Positions 20,475 to 32,362 of a stretch of 64,000 bases of DNA are shown here, piece after piece (positions within the stretch are counted from its first letter, which is position 1; the number at the start of each line of letters is the position of its first letter). Source of the DNA: Candidatus Hydrogenedentota bacterium (GTDB lineage Bacteria; Hydrogenedentota; Hydrogenedentia; Hydrogenedentales; SLHB01); contig JARKSN010000339.1 of NCBI GenBank assembly GCA_029974275.1, forward strand, positions 1 to 64,000, written 5' to 3'. The position numbers and the translations under genes were made by a program. A model generated the notes under the pieces. The model had not been told where the DNA came from, ran no database searches, and was given only the letters and a program-made list of their open reading frames with translations.

Positions 20475-23400
20475 ATGAACACCTCGGACGCCTCCCCCTC
20501 GCCTCAACATCTCGGCATTGCCGGGCAGATCGCGCGGGCGTTCATCAACTCCAAACTCACCTCGTTGTTCATCGCGGCGTCCGTGCTGCTGGGCGCTGGC
20601 GCCGTCATCTTGCTGCCGCGCGAAGAAGAACCCCAGATCGTCGTGCCGATGATCGACGTGTTCGTGCAAATGCCCGGCGCCGGCGCGCAAGAGGTCGAGG
20701 AACGCATCACCAAGCCCATGGAAAAACTGCTGTGGGAAGTGCCAGGCGTCGAATACATTTATACGACCTCGCAACCCGGCGGCCTGTTGGCTATCGTGCG
20801 TTTTTACGTGGGGCAGGACGAGGAAAAGTCCATTGTTCGGCTCAATCAGAAGCTCTACGCGAACTACGACCTGATTCCGCCCGGGGCAAGTCAGCCGATC
20901 GTGAAGCCGCGATCGATCGACGACGTGCCGGTTCTCGCGTTGACCCTGTCCAGCTCGCGTTACGATCACTTCACGCTCCGACGTATCGCCGCACAGTTGC
21001 ATGACGCCATCAAGGCCATCCCCAACGTCTCCGAGGCAAAACTGATCGGCGGCCAACGTCGTCAACTCCGCGTAGTGCTGGATCCCGCTCGCATGGCCGC
21101 GCGCGGCGTCGCCCCGGAGCCCATCGCGCAGGTGTTGGTTCAGGCCAATACCCGCGCAAAAGCGGGCTCTTTTGCCTCGAACAACAAGGAATTCCTGGTC
21201 GAAGCCGGCAATTTGCTGTCCGATGCAGAGTCGATCGGCAACGTGGTGGTGGGGGTGTACAGCGACCGCCCAGTTTACCTGCGCGATGTAGCCGATATCC
21301 TCGATGGCCCGGAGGAACCGGCGGATTACGTCTTCTTGTCGCACGGCGCCGCGGCGGAATCGAGCCGTGTGATCGGAGGGCCAGCGCCCGATGCGTCCCC
21401 AAGCGCCGCGCCGGAGGCCGCCGTGACCATTACAGTGGCAAAGCGCAAAGGCGCGAACGCCATCGTGGTTGCCGACGCGGTCATTGCCAAAACCGAGGAA
21501 CTCCAAGGCATCATCGTGCCGGCGGATGTGCGCACAACCATCACGCGCAACTACGGAGCCACTGCGGAGGAAAAATCGAACGAACTCCTCTACCACATGG
21601 CTTTGGCCATTTTCAGCGTCTCCCTGCTCATCGCGTTTTTCCTGGGCTTTCGGGAAGCGCTTATCGTGGGCATCGCGATTCCCGTGACGCTGGCGCTCAC
21701 ACTCGTCGTCTTTTACTTCTATGGCTACACCCTCAACCGGGTGACCTTGTTCGCGCTCATTTTCTCGATCGGCATTCTCGTCGACGACGCGATCGTCGTG
21801 CTCGAGAACATTGTGCGCCACCGCCATCTGCCGGAAAATGCGGATCGCTCGCTGATGGACATCGCGGTCGAAGCCACAAGCGAGGTTGGCAACCCCACCC
21901 TGCTTGCCACGGCGGCCGTCATTGGGGCCGTGCTGCCGATGGCCTTTGTGCGCGGGCTGATGGGGCCGTACATGGAACCGATCCCTGTGGGCGCTTCGGC
22001 GGCGATGCTGTTTTCGGTGTTTGTTTCGTTCATGGTGACCCCGTGGGCGGCCGTGCGTTTGCTTCATCGCTCGCTCACGCCGCAACGCGCCTATCGCAAC
22101 CTTTTTGCGCGGGGGCCATTCAAGCGGCGGGTCGCCGAAAAACAGCCAGCTCCTCATTCGGCGCATCACCACGAGACATGGATGGATCGCCTCTACCGCC
22201 GAATTATGCGCCCGCTCATCGTTCGCCCCGTCTATCGCTATGGCTTTTTGTGCGGCGTTACGCTCTTGCTCTTGGCGTCATGCATGCTCGTCCCGCTGAA
22301 GCTGGTAATGGTCAAGATGCTCCCGTTTGACAACAAGAGCGAGTTCCAGATCATCATCGACATGCCGGAAGGCGCCCCCCTTGAGCAAACCGCCGCCGTC
22401 GCGCGCGACATCGCCGAGTATGTGCGCACCGTGCCGGAAGTCACGGACATCCAGACGTACATCGGCACGGCGTCGCCGTATAACTTCAACGGCCTTGTGC
22501 GCCATTATTTCCTGCGGCGCGGGGGCAACGTGGCCGATCTGCAGGTCAACCTGGCTCCGCGCGAAGCGCGCACGCGCCAAAGCCACGACATCGCGAAAGC
22601 CGTGCGCCCGAATGTCCAAGCCATTGCCGAGCGGTTTCACGCGCGAATCAAGGTGGCCGAGGCGCCCCCCGGGCCGCCGGTGCTGCAGACTCTCGTAGCG
22701 GAGATATATGGCCCGAACTATAGCCGTCAAATGGAACTGGCGCGGCAGGTCCGCGACATATTCGACAGGACCGCGGGCGTGGTGGACGTCGATTGGTATG
22801 TTGAGGACGATCAAACGAAGTACGTTTTCGCCGTCGACCAGGAAAAAGCCGCGCTCAATGGCGTGTCCGTCGCGCACGTGCAAACAACGCTGCAGGTGGC
22901 GCTCGACGGAATGAACACGGGGCTGGCGCATTTCCCGAAGGAAAAAGAAGATGTGCCCATTACGCTGCGGATTGCCCGCGCACAACGATCGAGCCTCGAG
23001 GATCTCAAGGCGATCAAGGTGCAAGGTCGGCAAGGCAATAGTGTTTCGTTGGGCGAATTGGTCCGCATAGAGGAAGTGGTGCAGGACAAGAGCATCTACC
23101 ACAAGAATCTCATGCCGGTGGTATACGTGACCGGCGACGTGGCGGGCGCGGCCGAGAGCCCGGTCTATGCGATGCTGAGCTTGATGCCCGGCGTGGGCGC
23201 GATCAAGTTGCCGGAAGGCTATGCGTTCGAACAGCGTTTGACGACGCAGCCGCCGACCATGGAGAAGTTCGCCATGAAGTGGGATGGCGAATGGCACATT
23301 ACCTATGAAGTGTTTCGCGATCTGGGCATCGCGTTCGCCGCCGTGTTGGTATTGATCTTCATGCTCGTCGTCGGCTGGTTCCAATCCCTCAAGACGCCGT

Positions 23401-23786
23401 TCGTCATTCTGGCGGCCGTTCCTTTTTCGCTCATCGGGATTCTGCCGGCGCATTGGGCGACGGGCGCGTTTTTCACCGCGACTTCCATGATCGGGTTCAT
23501 CGCGGGCGCGGGCATAGTCGTGCGCAACTCGATTATTCTGGTGGACTTTATCGAATTGCGCCTGACGCAGGGCATGCCGCTTGCCGAGGCCGTCGTGGAC
23601 GCCGGAGCGGTGCGTTTTCGCCCGATGTTGTTGACGGCGGCGGCGGTTGTGGTCGGGGCGTCGGTGATCCTGTCCGACCCTATCTTCCAAGGCCTTGCCC
23701 TCTCGCTGATGGCCGGAGAAGTGGCGTCGCTGTTGCTGTCGCGCATGGCGGTGCCGATTTTGTACTATTTGCTGATGCGGCGTTGA
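20475..23786 (+). CDS. RND efflux permease (AcrB/AcrD/AcrF family)
   Basis: 1103 aa; [35 protein letters not shown]. Confidence 0.95.
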   Translation: MNTSDASPSPQHLGIAGQIARAFINSKLTSLFIAASVLLGAGAVILLPREEEPQIVVPMIDVFVQMPGAGAQEVEERITKPMEKLLWEVPGVEYIYTTSQPGGLLAIVRFYVGQDEEKSIVRLNQKLYANYDLIPPGASQPIVKPRSIDDVPVLALTLSSSRYDHFTLRRIAAQLHDAIKAIPNVSEAKLIGGQRRQLRVVLDPARMAARGVAPEPIAQVLVQANTRAKAGSFASNNKEFLVEAGNLLSDAESIGNVVVGVYSDRPVYLRDVADILDGPEEPADYVFLSHGAAAESSRVIGGPAPDASPSAAPEAAVTITVAKRKGANAIVVADAVIAKTEELQGIIVPADVRTTITRNYGATAEEKSNELLYHMALAIFSVSLLIAFFLGFREALIVGIAIPVTLALTLVVFYFYGYTLNRVTLFALIFSIGILVDDAIVVLENIVRHRHLPENADRSLMDIAVEATSEVGNPTLLATAAVIGAVLPMAFVRGLMGPYMEPIPVGASAAMLFSVFVSFMVTPWAAVRLLHRSLTPQRAYRNLFARGPFKRRVAEKQPAPHSAHHHETWMDRLYRRIMRPLIVRPVYRYGFLCGVTLLLLASCMLVPLKLVMVKMLPFDNKSEFQIIIDMPEGAPLEQTAAVARDIAEYVRTVPEVTDIQTYIGTASPYNFNGLVRHYFLRRGGNVADLQVNLAPREARTRQSHDIAKAVRPNVQAIAERFHARIKVAEAPPGPPVLQTLVAEIYGPNYSRQMELARQVRDIFDRTAGVVDVDWYVEDDQTKYVFAVDQEKAALNGVSVAHVQTTLQVALDGMNTGLAHFPKEKEDVPITLRIARAQRSSLEDLKAIKVQGRQGNSVSLGELVRIEEVVQDKSIYHKNLMPVVYVTGDVAGAAESPVYAMLSLMPGVGAIKLPEGYAFEQRLTTQPPTMEKFAMKWDGEWHITYEVFRDLGIAFAAVLVLIFMLVVGWFQSLKTPFVILAAVPFSLIGILPAHWATGAFFTATSMIGFIAGAGIVVRNSIILVDFIELRLTQGMPLAEAVVDAGAVRFRPMLLTAAAVVVGASVILSDPIFQGLALSLMAGEVASLLLSRMAVPILYYLLMRR

Positions 23787-23848
23787 TTGGGCGCGGGAAT
23801 CAGAACCCACCCCGCAACTCAGGTTGGCGTCTTCAGAACCGGCGGTTG

Positions 23849-25522
23849 TCAGAAATTCTTCGACCGGAGGATGGAGACGATCAATCCGAGACCGAGAAGG
23901 CCGGCGAGCGTGTATCCGGTGAGCCCAATCCAGCGCAGCCCCACGTTGGCGGCAAGCAACAGGCTGGAGCCGACAATGATCGAGCCGGTGATCACGCCGA
24001 ACGCGATCCGGTTGCTGGCGCGGTCGGCTGCGGCGGCCAATTGGTCCAGTTTTTCGTGATGCAGCTGTATCTTGAGGCGTCCCCGCCGCAACAGACTCAC
24101 CAGTTGAAAGAATTCCTGCGGGAAATCGCCGGCGACCGACAGCAGCGTTTCTGCGCGGGCGCTGATTTCGTGCAGCAGGCGGCGGGGGCGAAAACGCCGC
24201 GCGATGATCCGTTCGATGTGCGGCCGCATGACGGGGAGCATGTCGAGATCGGGGTCGAGAACATGGGCGGTGGACTCGATTGTCATGAGAGCCTTGAGCA
24301 ACAAGGAAAAACGGGGAGCCAATTGCAGCCCATGTCGCCGCAGAATGCCCACCAGCCGTTCGATGGCCTTGCCGAATTGGCCGCTGCTCATGATCGCCTG
24401 GGCTTCGAACGCCATGTATTCGGCCACTTCGTGGCGGAGCATGTCGGGGCGTTCGGCATCTCCGGAAATCGTGAATTGCAGCAGGGCGCTGGCGGCATCC
24501 CCTGCATCTTCGCGGTACAACGCCCGCAACAGCGTCGCTATCGTCCGGACATCGCGTTGTTCGAGATGTCCCACCATCCCGTAGTCGAGAAACGTGATGC
24601 GATTATCCGACGTAAGCAGGATGTTGCCGGGATGCGGGTCGCCGTGGAATAGCCGGAATTCGAATATCTGCCGGCACAGCGTGTCGCCGCCGATGCGCGC
24701 GACGGCCTTGGGATCGGAACAGCGCGCGGGATACTCGTCCAGCGCGTCCACGCGCACCCCGTCCACCCAGTCCATCGTGAGCGTCGTGTGCGACCCGAAC
24801 GCGGCATATGCGCGCGGAACGATGACATGCGGACTCTCGGCATAATTCGCGCGGAATCGTTCGATGACGCGCGCTTCGATCGTGAAATCCATTTCGCGGC
24901 GGATGGTTCTCGAAAACTCCTCGACGACGGCGGGCGGGTCCATCCACGCCAGATCGTGAACATGCTCGGATATCCAGTCGGCTATGCTGTGCAGCAGGCG
25001 TAAGTCGGCCTCGACGATCGTCTCGATGTTGGGGCGCCGGACCTTCACGGCCACCGGCGTGCCGTCGTGGAGGCGCGCCTTGTACACTTGACTGATGGAG
25101 CCCGCCGCGACGGGCGTCGGATCGAACGCGACGAAACATTCCTCGACGGTTCTGCCCAGCCCCTGTTCGAGTTCCGCGCGGATTTCCTCAAACGGCACGG
25201 CATCCACATGGTCTTGGAGCGAGCCGAGCGCGTCGCTCGTCTCCTTGCCGACCAGGTCCGCGCGCGTGCTCAACACCTGGCCGAGTTTCACGAAGGTCGG
25301 CCCCAGCTCCGTAAATACGGCGCGAAGCCGCTCGCCCCAGGTATGGGGCAGGCGTTCCGGAGGCGGCGCGGGCAGGATCGGCCGCAAGACCTTGGCCGGG
25401 ATTCCTTCGTACACGCCCAATCGCTGCAGGAGATCCGTGAACCCGTGACGGACCAGCACCCGCACCACTTCGGCCAGGCGCGCCGCGGTGCCCGCGCGTT
25501 TGGACAAGGCCCAATAGTTCAT
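23849..25522 (-). CDS. AarF/UbiB (ABC1) atypical kinase
   Basis: ELGPTFVKLGQVLSTR, AAGSISQVY, VAVKVRRP, FHGDPHPGN, LDYGMVG; C-terminal TMs. Confidence 0.93.
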   Translation of the reverse strand: MNYWALSKRAGTAARLAEVVRVLVRHGFTDLLQRLGVYEGIPAKVLRPILPAPPPERLPHTWGERLRAVFTELGPTFVKLGQVLSTRADLVGKETSDALGSLQDHVDAVPFEEIRAELEQGLGRTVEECFVAFDPTPVAAGSISQVYKARLHDGTPVAVKVRRPNIETIVEADLRLLHSIADWISEHVHDLAWMDPPAVVEEFSRTIRREMDFTIEARVIERFRANYAESPHVIVPRAYAAFGSHTTLTMDWVDGVRVDALDEYPARCSDPKAVARIGGDTLCRQIFEFRLFHGDPHPGNILLTSDNRITFLDYGMVGHLEQRDVRTIATLLRALYREDAGDAASALLQFTISGDAERPDMLRHEVAEYMAFEAQAIMSSGQFGKAIERLVGILRRHGLQLAPRFSLLLKALMTIESTAHVLDPDLDMLPVMRPHIERIIARRFRPRRLLHEISARAETLLSVAGDFPQEFFQLVSLLRRGRLKIQLHHEKLDQLAAAADRASNRIAFGVITGSIIVGSSLLLAANVGLRWIGLTGYTLAGLLGLGLIVSILRSKNF

Positions 25523-25590
25523 GTCCGGCTTCTCCTTTACTGCCGCCCTGCGACGCTTTCAAAACGGCGAGGCTTTGCGCAGTCCGGCGG

Positions 25591-26172
25591 TCATGGCGTT
25601 GAGAGAGCCGCCTCGATAGGTTTGTCGTCGAGGTAAAGTCCCGTGATGACGCCTGTGCCGCGCAAAACGCGGAAGGTGATGTGGACCGAGGACGTTCGGA
25701 TGCGTTCCCGATACATTCTTTCCGCTTCGGGGGCCGCGCTCTCCTCCATGTAATATCGCTCGAACGGCCAGACGATGTCCGTCTTGGGAGCCTCGCGCGG
25801 CTGTCGCTGCGCATGCGGATTCAGCCGCACCGCGAGGTAATTGTCCGTATCGGGGGGCGTCAACGAGACTGATGCCACCGTCGCGAACCCCTCGGAATCC
25901 GATTCGAGGACGGCATAGGCTTTCTGTTGGCGCTTCAGTGGATCGCTCGTTGGCGGCGGCGCTTCCGCGACGTCAAAATTCAGCCTCACGTAACGGCCTC
26001 GAAATGCGTCGTACGGGTCCACGGGTTGGGCCCGCAGTTTGTACTCCTTGCCATGGCGAATCGTCATTTCCCGATGCAGGATCATATTCGCGGGAACGGC
26101 CAGTTGAACGAGCGCGAGAACGACGAACGCCGGCAGCAGGATGGTGCGTTTCCATGGCGCGCCTGGTTTCAT
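25591..26172 (-). CDS. GDYXXLXY-domain membrane-anchored protein
   Basis: PVDPYDAFRGRYVRLNF motif; ERYYMEE; coupled to the upstream DUF2157 gene. Confidence 0.82.
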   Translation of the reverse strand: MKPGAPWKRTILLPAFVVLALVQLAVPANMILHREMTIRHGKEYKLRAQPVDPYDAFRGRYVRLNFDVAEAPPPTSDPLKRQQKAYAVLESDSEGFATVASVSLTPPDTDNYLAVRLNPHAQRQPREAPKTDIVWPFERYYMEESAAPEAERMYRERIRTSSVHITFRVLRGTGVITGLYLDDKPIEAALSTP

Positions 26173-27491
26173 GTGATTGCCCCCTTGCGGGTCGCCGTGC
26201 GCCGCACCAGCGCCACGTTGGCTCCCAGAAATGCGATCCCCAACGCAATGAACAGGATGCCCCGCACCGTGAAGCTGAGGTCGGCATCGAAAAAGCGAAC
26301 GATGATGAGCATCGAAATCACGGCCATGCCGGCGTTTATCGTGTACAGCTCGTTCCGATCGAGGCCGACTAACAAGATCGTCGCGCCCCAGAAGAGCGCA
26401 TATAGATTGAATCCGCCTATGATCACGCCGGACGGCACATCCATGGAGCAGGCGGAAAAACCAATGGCCGCCAGCGCCGCCAAGCCTCCCGACGCCGTCG
26501 CGATCCAATCTTTCCGGCTCGCGCTGCGCACCAGCATCAGCGCGGCTCCGGCCAACAGCGCCAGCGCCAGGCCATAATCCTGCCACGCGGCCCAGGGATG
26601 ATACCCGTCTCCCGAACGGTAGTGATTCCATCCGACATGGCGCCATACGCCGTCAAATGTCAGGATCAGCGTCAGCGCCGCCGATCCAATGAAACCAGCA
26701 ATGTGAAAAGCGTTGAACCGGACCGCGCGAAACGGGCCGCGTCCCGCCAACAACATCGCCGAAAATAAAGCGCTATACACGACGATCCACACGCCCGGCA
26801 TGCTTCGCTCGATCACAAATCCTGTCGCAATCGATGCGGCCCCGCAGAGCCCCCACGACAACAGCCGCATCCGCGGTCCTTCCGGATCCTGCTTGTGCGC
26901 GCGCCAGATGTGCGGCGCCAACAACGCTGCCAAGGGCCAGAACAACAGCGCATGGCCTCCTTCCGCCTGCGCCGCAACGGCCCATCCCGTCAGCCCCGCC
27001 ATGTAAAGCAGCGCCACGCCGGATGCGTTGAAGAAGTGGATTAGCGGGCCGCCCAACAGGATCCATGCCAGCAGAAACCCGCTCATGCTCCCCTGGATTT
27101 GATACGTCTGGCTGATAAGCGAGATGCTGGCGCCCACGGCCAACGCCATCGCCATCGCGCTTCCCTCCCGCCAAGCGAGCGATCCGGGCCGACGAAGCAG
27201 CGTCCACCCCGCAAGCGTCTGTCCGGCAACCAGCGGCAGAAACGACAAGACCGTTCGCATGGGCCGGCTCAACTGCTCCCAGTTATGCGCCAGCAGCAGG
27301 ATGACGCCCAAGCCGATCGACGCCGCCCCCAAAACGCTGAACAGCAGCAAGGCCGCGCTCCGCCGCGATCGAATCGTTATCGGCCCGTAATGCGCTTTCA
27401 ACGCGGCGGCCGTCTCGCGGGGGAGAACGCCGGCCTCTTCCAACTGGGGCATTTCTCCGTACAGCCATGCGATCGCTTTTTGCCTGTTCAT
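26169..27491 (-). CDS. DUF2157-family polytopic membrane protein
   Basis: GLGVILLLAHNWEQLSR, GASISLISQTYQ; many TMs; usual partner of GDYXXLXY proteins. Confidence 0.82.
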   Translation of the reverse strand: MNRQKAIAWLYGEMPQLEEAGVLPRETAAALKAHYGPITIRSRRSAALLLFSVLGAASIGLGVILLLAHNWEQLSRPMRTVLSFLPLVAGQTLAGWTLLRRPGSLAWREGSAMAMALAVGASISLISQTYQIQGSMSGFLLAWILLGGPLIHFFNASGVALLYMAGLTGWAVAAQAEGGHALLFWPLAALLAPHIWRAHKQDPEGPRMRLLSWGLCGAASIATGFVIERSMPGVWIVVYSALFSAMLLAGRGPFRAVRFNAFHIAGFIGSAALTLILTFDGVWRHVGWNHYRSGDGYHPWAAWQDYGLALALLAGAALMLVRSASRKDWIATASGGLAALAAIGFSACSMDVPSGVIIGGFNLYALFWGATILLVGLDRNELYTINAGMAVISMLIIVRFFDADLSFTVRGILFIALGIAFLGANVALVRRTATRKGAIT

Positions 27492-27623
27492 GCCCTGATT
27501 CTCCTCTCGCGGCGCACATCACGAGGACGCGCTAGCATTGTAGGCGAACGGTACGCACGCATGATACCTCACGGGCCTGCGCAATCGCATGCAAAAACAT
27601 GCCGGACCGGACGCGTCTGGCCG

Positions 27624-28919
27624 CTAGGGGCGATCCTGCTCTACGGATTCGGGATGCGCCTTCGTCGATGCGTTGGCGAGCATGACGCGCAACTCGCGCT
27701 GCGTTTCGGCCCATGCCCGGATGAGCGGCGTGTTGCGTGCGCAGGCGTAGGCCTCGCACAAGGAAGGATCCGCGCCTGGCGCGTCGGCGCTGTTGCGGAT
27801 AGGAACGCTCCCGCGCGCCATCGCGCTGGCGTCGCCCGCGGTTGAGGCGAGGAAATCAAGGGTGGCGGCGATCGCCTCGCGCCTCGCGGCGGCATGACGG
27901 CGAAACGCCACGATCGCGTCGTCGGAAAGCATCGAGATGGGCCCATTTTTGCCCGGAACGGGCGCCACGGTGAACGCGACGTCCGCCTGGCGCAGCGTGG
28001 GCAAATAGGCGGACGACGCCACGGTCATCGCGACTTCGCCGCGCAGAAAACGTTGCATGCCCGCGTCGGGATCGAGCATGGCGTCCTGGGGCGCATCGCC
28101 GCGACGCGTCAGCGATAGCACGAACTCCAACGCCTCCAATGCCTCGGGATCGTTCAGCGCCGCCTTGCCGTCTTTGACGACATCGCCGCCGGCAGACCAC
28201 AACGCCTCCAAAAAAGGATAGTGGCCCACCGGCCAGAAGCGATCCGTTTTTTCTTTCCCTCCCCGCAGTTCCTTGGCGACGGCGCGCAGTTCATCCCAGG
28301 TGCGCGGAGGCGTTGAAACGCGATCGGAGCGGCAGAAAAGCGCCGAGCAGAATCCATCGGCGGGAAGGGCATAGAGCCTGCCGTGGACCGTCATGGACGC
28401 CCGCGCGACAGGGTGAAGGTCGCGCGTCAACGCGTCGGGCAAATACCCGTCAAGCGGCTGAAGACGCCCGCTGTGCGCGAGCGCGGCCAGCCACGAGCGC
28501 TTGACCAACGCGATGTCCGGCAAGTCTCCCGCGGCCAGCGACACCGTGAGCTTCTGGACCGCCGCGCCCCAATCGCCAAGGAATTGCGTCTCGACAGCGA
28601 ACGGGGCATGCGATGCGCGCCACGACGCGAACGATCCGTTGGGGGCGAATGCAGGCGAGATCAACGGGTGCGCATAATGCCAGATGACGGCGCGATTCTC
28701 GGGAGGGTCGTCTGCGTCGGCAGAACGATCCGGGCCTGCCGTTTCGCCGTCATGCCGGGCGAGAATGCGGTCGATGCGCTCCGAGGCGCGGTTCAGGGCT
28801 TCGGCAGGCGCGAGGGTTTGTTCCCGCATGCACCCCGCCAACGCGAGGGCGGACGCGAAAACAATCATGGCCGCGCGCCGTTTCTTCGGCGTGCGGCCAT
28901 GACAAACACGATGCTTCAT
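27624..28919 (-). CDS. Extracellular solute-binding lipoprotein (sugar-binding family 1 type)
   Basis: LALAGC lipobox; AAGDLPDI; GRLYALP; PPRTWDEL; FLRGEVAM. Start could alternatively be 28868. Confidence 0.8.
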   Translation of the reverse strand: MKHRVCHGRTPKKRRAAMIVFASALALAGCMREQTLAPAEALNRASERIDRILARHDGETAGPDRSADADDPPENRAVIWHYAHPLISPAFAPNGSFASWRASHAPFAVETQFLGDWGAAVQKLTVSLAAGDLPDIALVKRSWLAALAHSGRLQPLDGYLPDALTRDLHPVARASMTVHGRLYALPADGFCSALFCRSDRVSTPPRTWDELRAVAKELRGGKEKTDRFWPVGHYPFLEALWSAGGDVVKDGKAALNDPEALEALEFVLSLTRRGDAPQDAMLDPDAGMQRFLRGEVAMTVASSAYLPTLRQADVAFTVAPVPGKNGPISMLSDDAIVAFRRHAAARREAIAATLDFLASTAGDASAMARGSVPIRNSADAPGADPSLCEAYACARNTPLIRAWAETQRELRVMLANASTKAHPESVEQDRP

Positions 28920-28927
28920 GCAGGGGC

Positions 28928-30220
<1,293 letters not shown>

Positions 30221-30270
30221 CTATCGCGCTCCTTCATATTCGAATCGTCCAAGCGCATGTCTCGCTTGCC

Positions 30271-30705
30271 TTATGCGCGAGGCGGCTTGGACGCGTTGGG
30301 CATGCCCTGGCGCAGAGCGGCTTCTTGGACCTGTTGCGCCCGGACCACGTACACGCGCTGAAGTTCGGCCAGTATTTCGGCGAGTTGCCCAGACTCTTCG
30401 GGCGAAAGATTCCCTTCCGTTTTCTCCCGGAGCATTTGCACCGTATCGATGCAATGCTTGCTCTCCACGAGATCGACATAGACTTGTTTGCCGTCTTGCG
30501 GGCCCATCGCGCCCAAGGCAAACAGCGCCTGCGCCGCCAAGGTCTGGACAAGCCCCTGGAACAACGTCGGGGCCTCGCCGGCCTCGTCATCTCCCTCGTC
30601 CTCTGCGGGCGCTTGCTCCGCCGCCAGACGCGCCTCTTCGCGCTCCCGCTCGACTTGCGCCTTCCAGCCTTCGTCGATGAATATCTTTTTCTCTTCGTCG
30701 GCCAT
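30271..30705 (-). CDS. DUF1844-family protein
   Basis: KIFIDEGWKAQVERERE; AQALFALG; IDTVQMLREKTEGNLSPEE. Confidence 0.8.
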   Translation of the reverse strand: MADEEKKIFIDEGWKAQVEREREEARLAAEQAPAEDEGDDEAGEAPTLFQGLVQTLAAQALFALGAMGPQDGKQVYVDLVESKHCIDTVQMLREKTEGNLSPEESGQLAEILAELQRVYVVRAQQVQEAALRQGMPNASKPPRA

Positions 30706-30826
30706 ACACAAGTGCCCTTTCCCTGATCGTGAGGGCGCGCCGCCCCCACAACAATGGAATCGGCCCCGAGGCATGGGGCCGATTCGGTTTTACATCACGG
30801 AAACAGGATACAGGTGGGCGCGCCCA

Positions 30827-30916
30827 TCACTTGTTCTTATGGCGATTCGCGCGACGCCTCTTCTTCCTCTTGTGTTTCGCGATCTTGGCTCGCCGCACTT
30901 TGCGTCCACCGGCCAT
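30827..30916 (-). CDS. Small basic protein, bS22/mS38 (AURKAIP1/COX24-domain)-like
   Basis: Hand translation MAGGRKVRRAKIAKHKRKKRRRANRHKNK (29 aa); AAGGAGA RBS; too short for the ORF track. Confidence 0.8.
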   Translation of the reverse strand: MAGGRKVRRAKIAKHKRKKRRRANRHKNK

Positions 30917-31022
30917 GCACACGTCTCCTTTTCGGTTCATGCGAGGCCCCGCAGGGCCCCAATCCCTATCCGCCATCAGCTCCCGTCATGGGGCCGTCTA
31001 TGCGCTCCCGCGATGCCGCGCC

Positions 31023-31472
31023 TCAGGCTTGCAGCCACTGCGCGTCGGGCATATCGTATTCGCAGCACTCATCCGGGCCAAAATAAATCGCTATCTCGCG
31101 TTCGGCCGTCTCGGGCGAATCCGATCCATGCACCAAATTGTTCCGGGTGTTCAACCCGAAATCGCCCCGAATCGTGCCGATGTCCGCCGCCTGACAATTC
31201 GTCGCGCCGTTGATCTTGCGCACGATCTCAACAGCCTTGGGCCCCTGCCACACCATTTGGATGGTCGGGCCAGCCGTGATGAAATCCATCAACCCAGGAT
31301 AGAAGGGCTTGCCTTCATGCTCGGCGTAATGCTTCGCCGCCAGATCCCGCGACACCACCTGCATCTTCATGGCCGCGAGTCGAAGCCCTTTGGCTTCATA
31401 CCGGCCGATGATCTCGCCCACAAGCCGACGACCCACCGCATCCGGCTTGATCATCACAAACGTGCGTTCCAC
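31023..31472 (-). CDS. ndk: Nucleoside diphosphate kinase
   Basis: GTG start; ERTFVMIKPDAV, HYAEHEGKPF, GTIRGDF, NLVHGSDS. Confidence 0.97.
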   Translation of the reverse strand: MERTFVMIKPDAVGRRLVGEIIGRYEAKGLRLAAMKMQVVSRDLAAKHYAEHEGKPFYPGLMDFITAGPTIQMVWQGPKAVEIVRKINGATNCQAADIGTIRGDFGLNTRNNLVHGSDSPETAEREIAIYFGPDECCEYDMPDAQWLQA

Positions 31473-32123
31473 GTGACATTTCCCCGAAGCGCGCCGGCGG
31501 CGCCCCTCCCTATTCGTAGCCGCGGCAAGGCCGTATCGCCCAGGCGCCGCGCATTCCCAGACGCGTTCCCGCTCTCGCAGCGGAAAAGCGACAAGCATTC
31601 TACCAAAATACTTCTCGCGACTGCAACCTGCCGACTTGCGTCAAAAGCCAACTTCCCATGCCGTGACGCACCCGGCGGGCGCCGGCCTCTGTCGGACGCC
31701 GCACGCAGCCTGGCGCGGCGCGTAATGTTTACGATGCAGCTTTGTAAGATGCGTAACGGCGCGGCGCCGGGAACTTTTCGCGGGCATGAAGCATTGATGC
31801 GAAGATTTCCCGAACGCGCGAATCGTGCGCATAACGCCGCGTCCTATGGAAGGAGACCTCATTCGAATATAGCGGGCCTTGGCCCAAGCCAGGATACATC
31901 GCGGGACCGGAATATCGGCGGCAGCAGCGTCTGACCGATGGGAAGGGTTCCGCGTTTGTATTTTGGACCGGCCGCGGCAACAACCTGCGCCGTGGAATAA
32001 ATGACGGCGTTACAACGTCTGATGTGGTTAATGGCCCGGAGTCGCGGGACCAACCAAAGACAACGAAGGGCCCTGCGGTGGCGGAACAAACCCAAACCCG
32101 GCCCTGACGAAAGGATACGGATT

Positions 32124-32357
32124 ATGTCGATCTCTACGATTTTCGATCGTCTGCAACGATGGGCGTTTGCCCCGCCGCACGCGCAATGCGAGCCGATGGA
32201 TGCGTCGCGCGAATGGCTCGATCCCGCAGCCTATGCGGCGCTTGGCGTCCTCATGAACTGCGGACAACCAGGCTCCGCCTTTACGGTCGTCATGCGGCCG
32301 GATACATCGGGATTGCAGCCAAGACCCCTCGAATACCGCGATTTCTGGAGACTCTAG
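32124..32357 (+). CDS. Small hypothetical protein (77 aa)
   Basis: GAAAGGA RBS; fills the gap before the convergent pspF; no motif. Confidence 0.45.
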   Translation: MSISTIFDRLQRWAFAPPHAQCEPMDASREWLDPAAYAALGVLMNCGQPGSAFTVVMRPDTSGLQPRPLEYRDFWRL

Positions 32358-32362
32358 TCGCG

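Noticed and set aside
19272..23786. RND pair lacking an outer-membrane factor as a novel system
   Set aside because: TolC-type partners are frequently encoded elsewhere; nothing else unusual.
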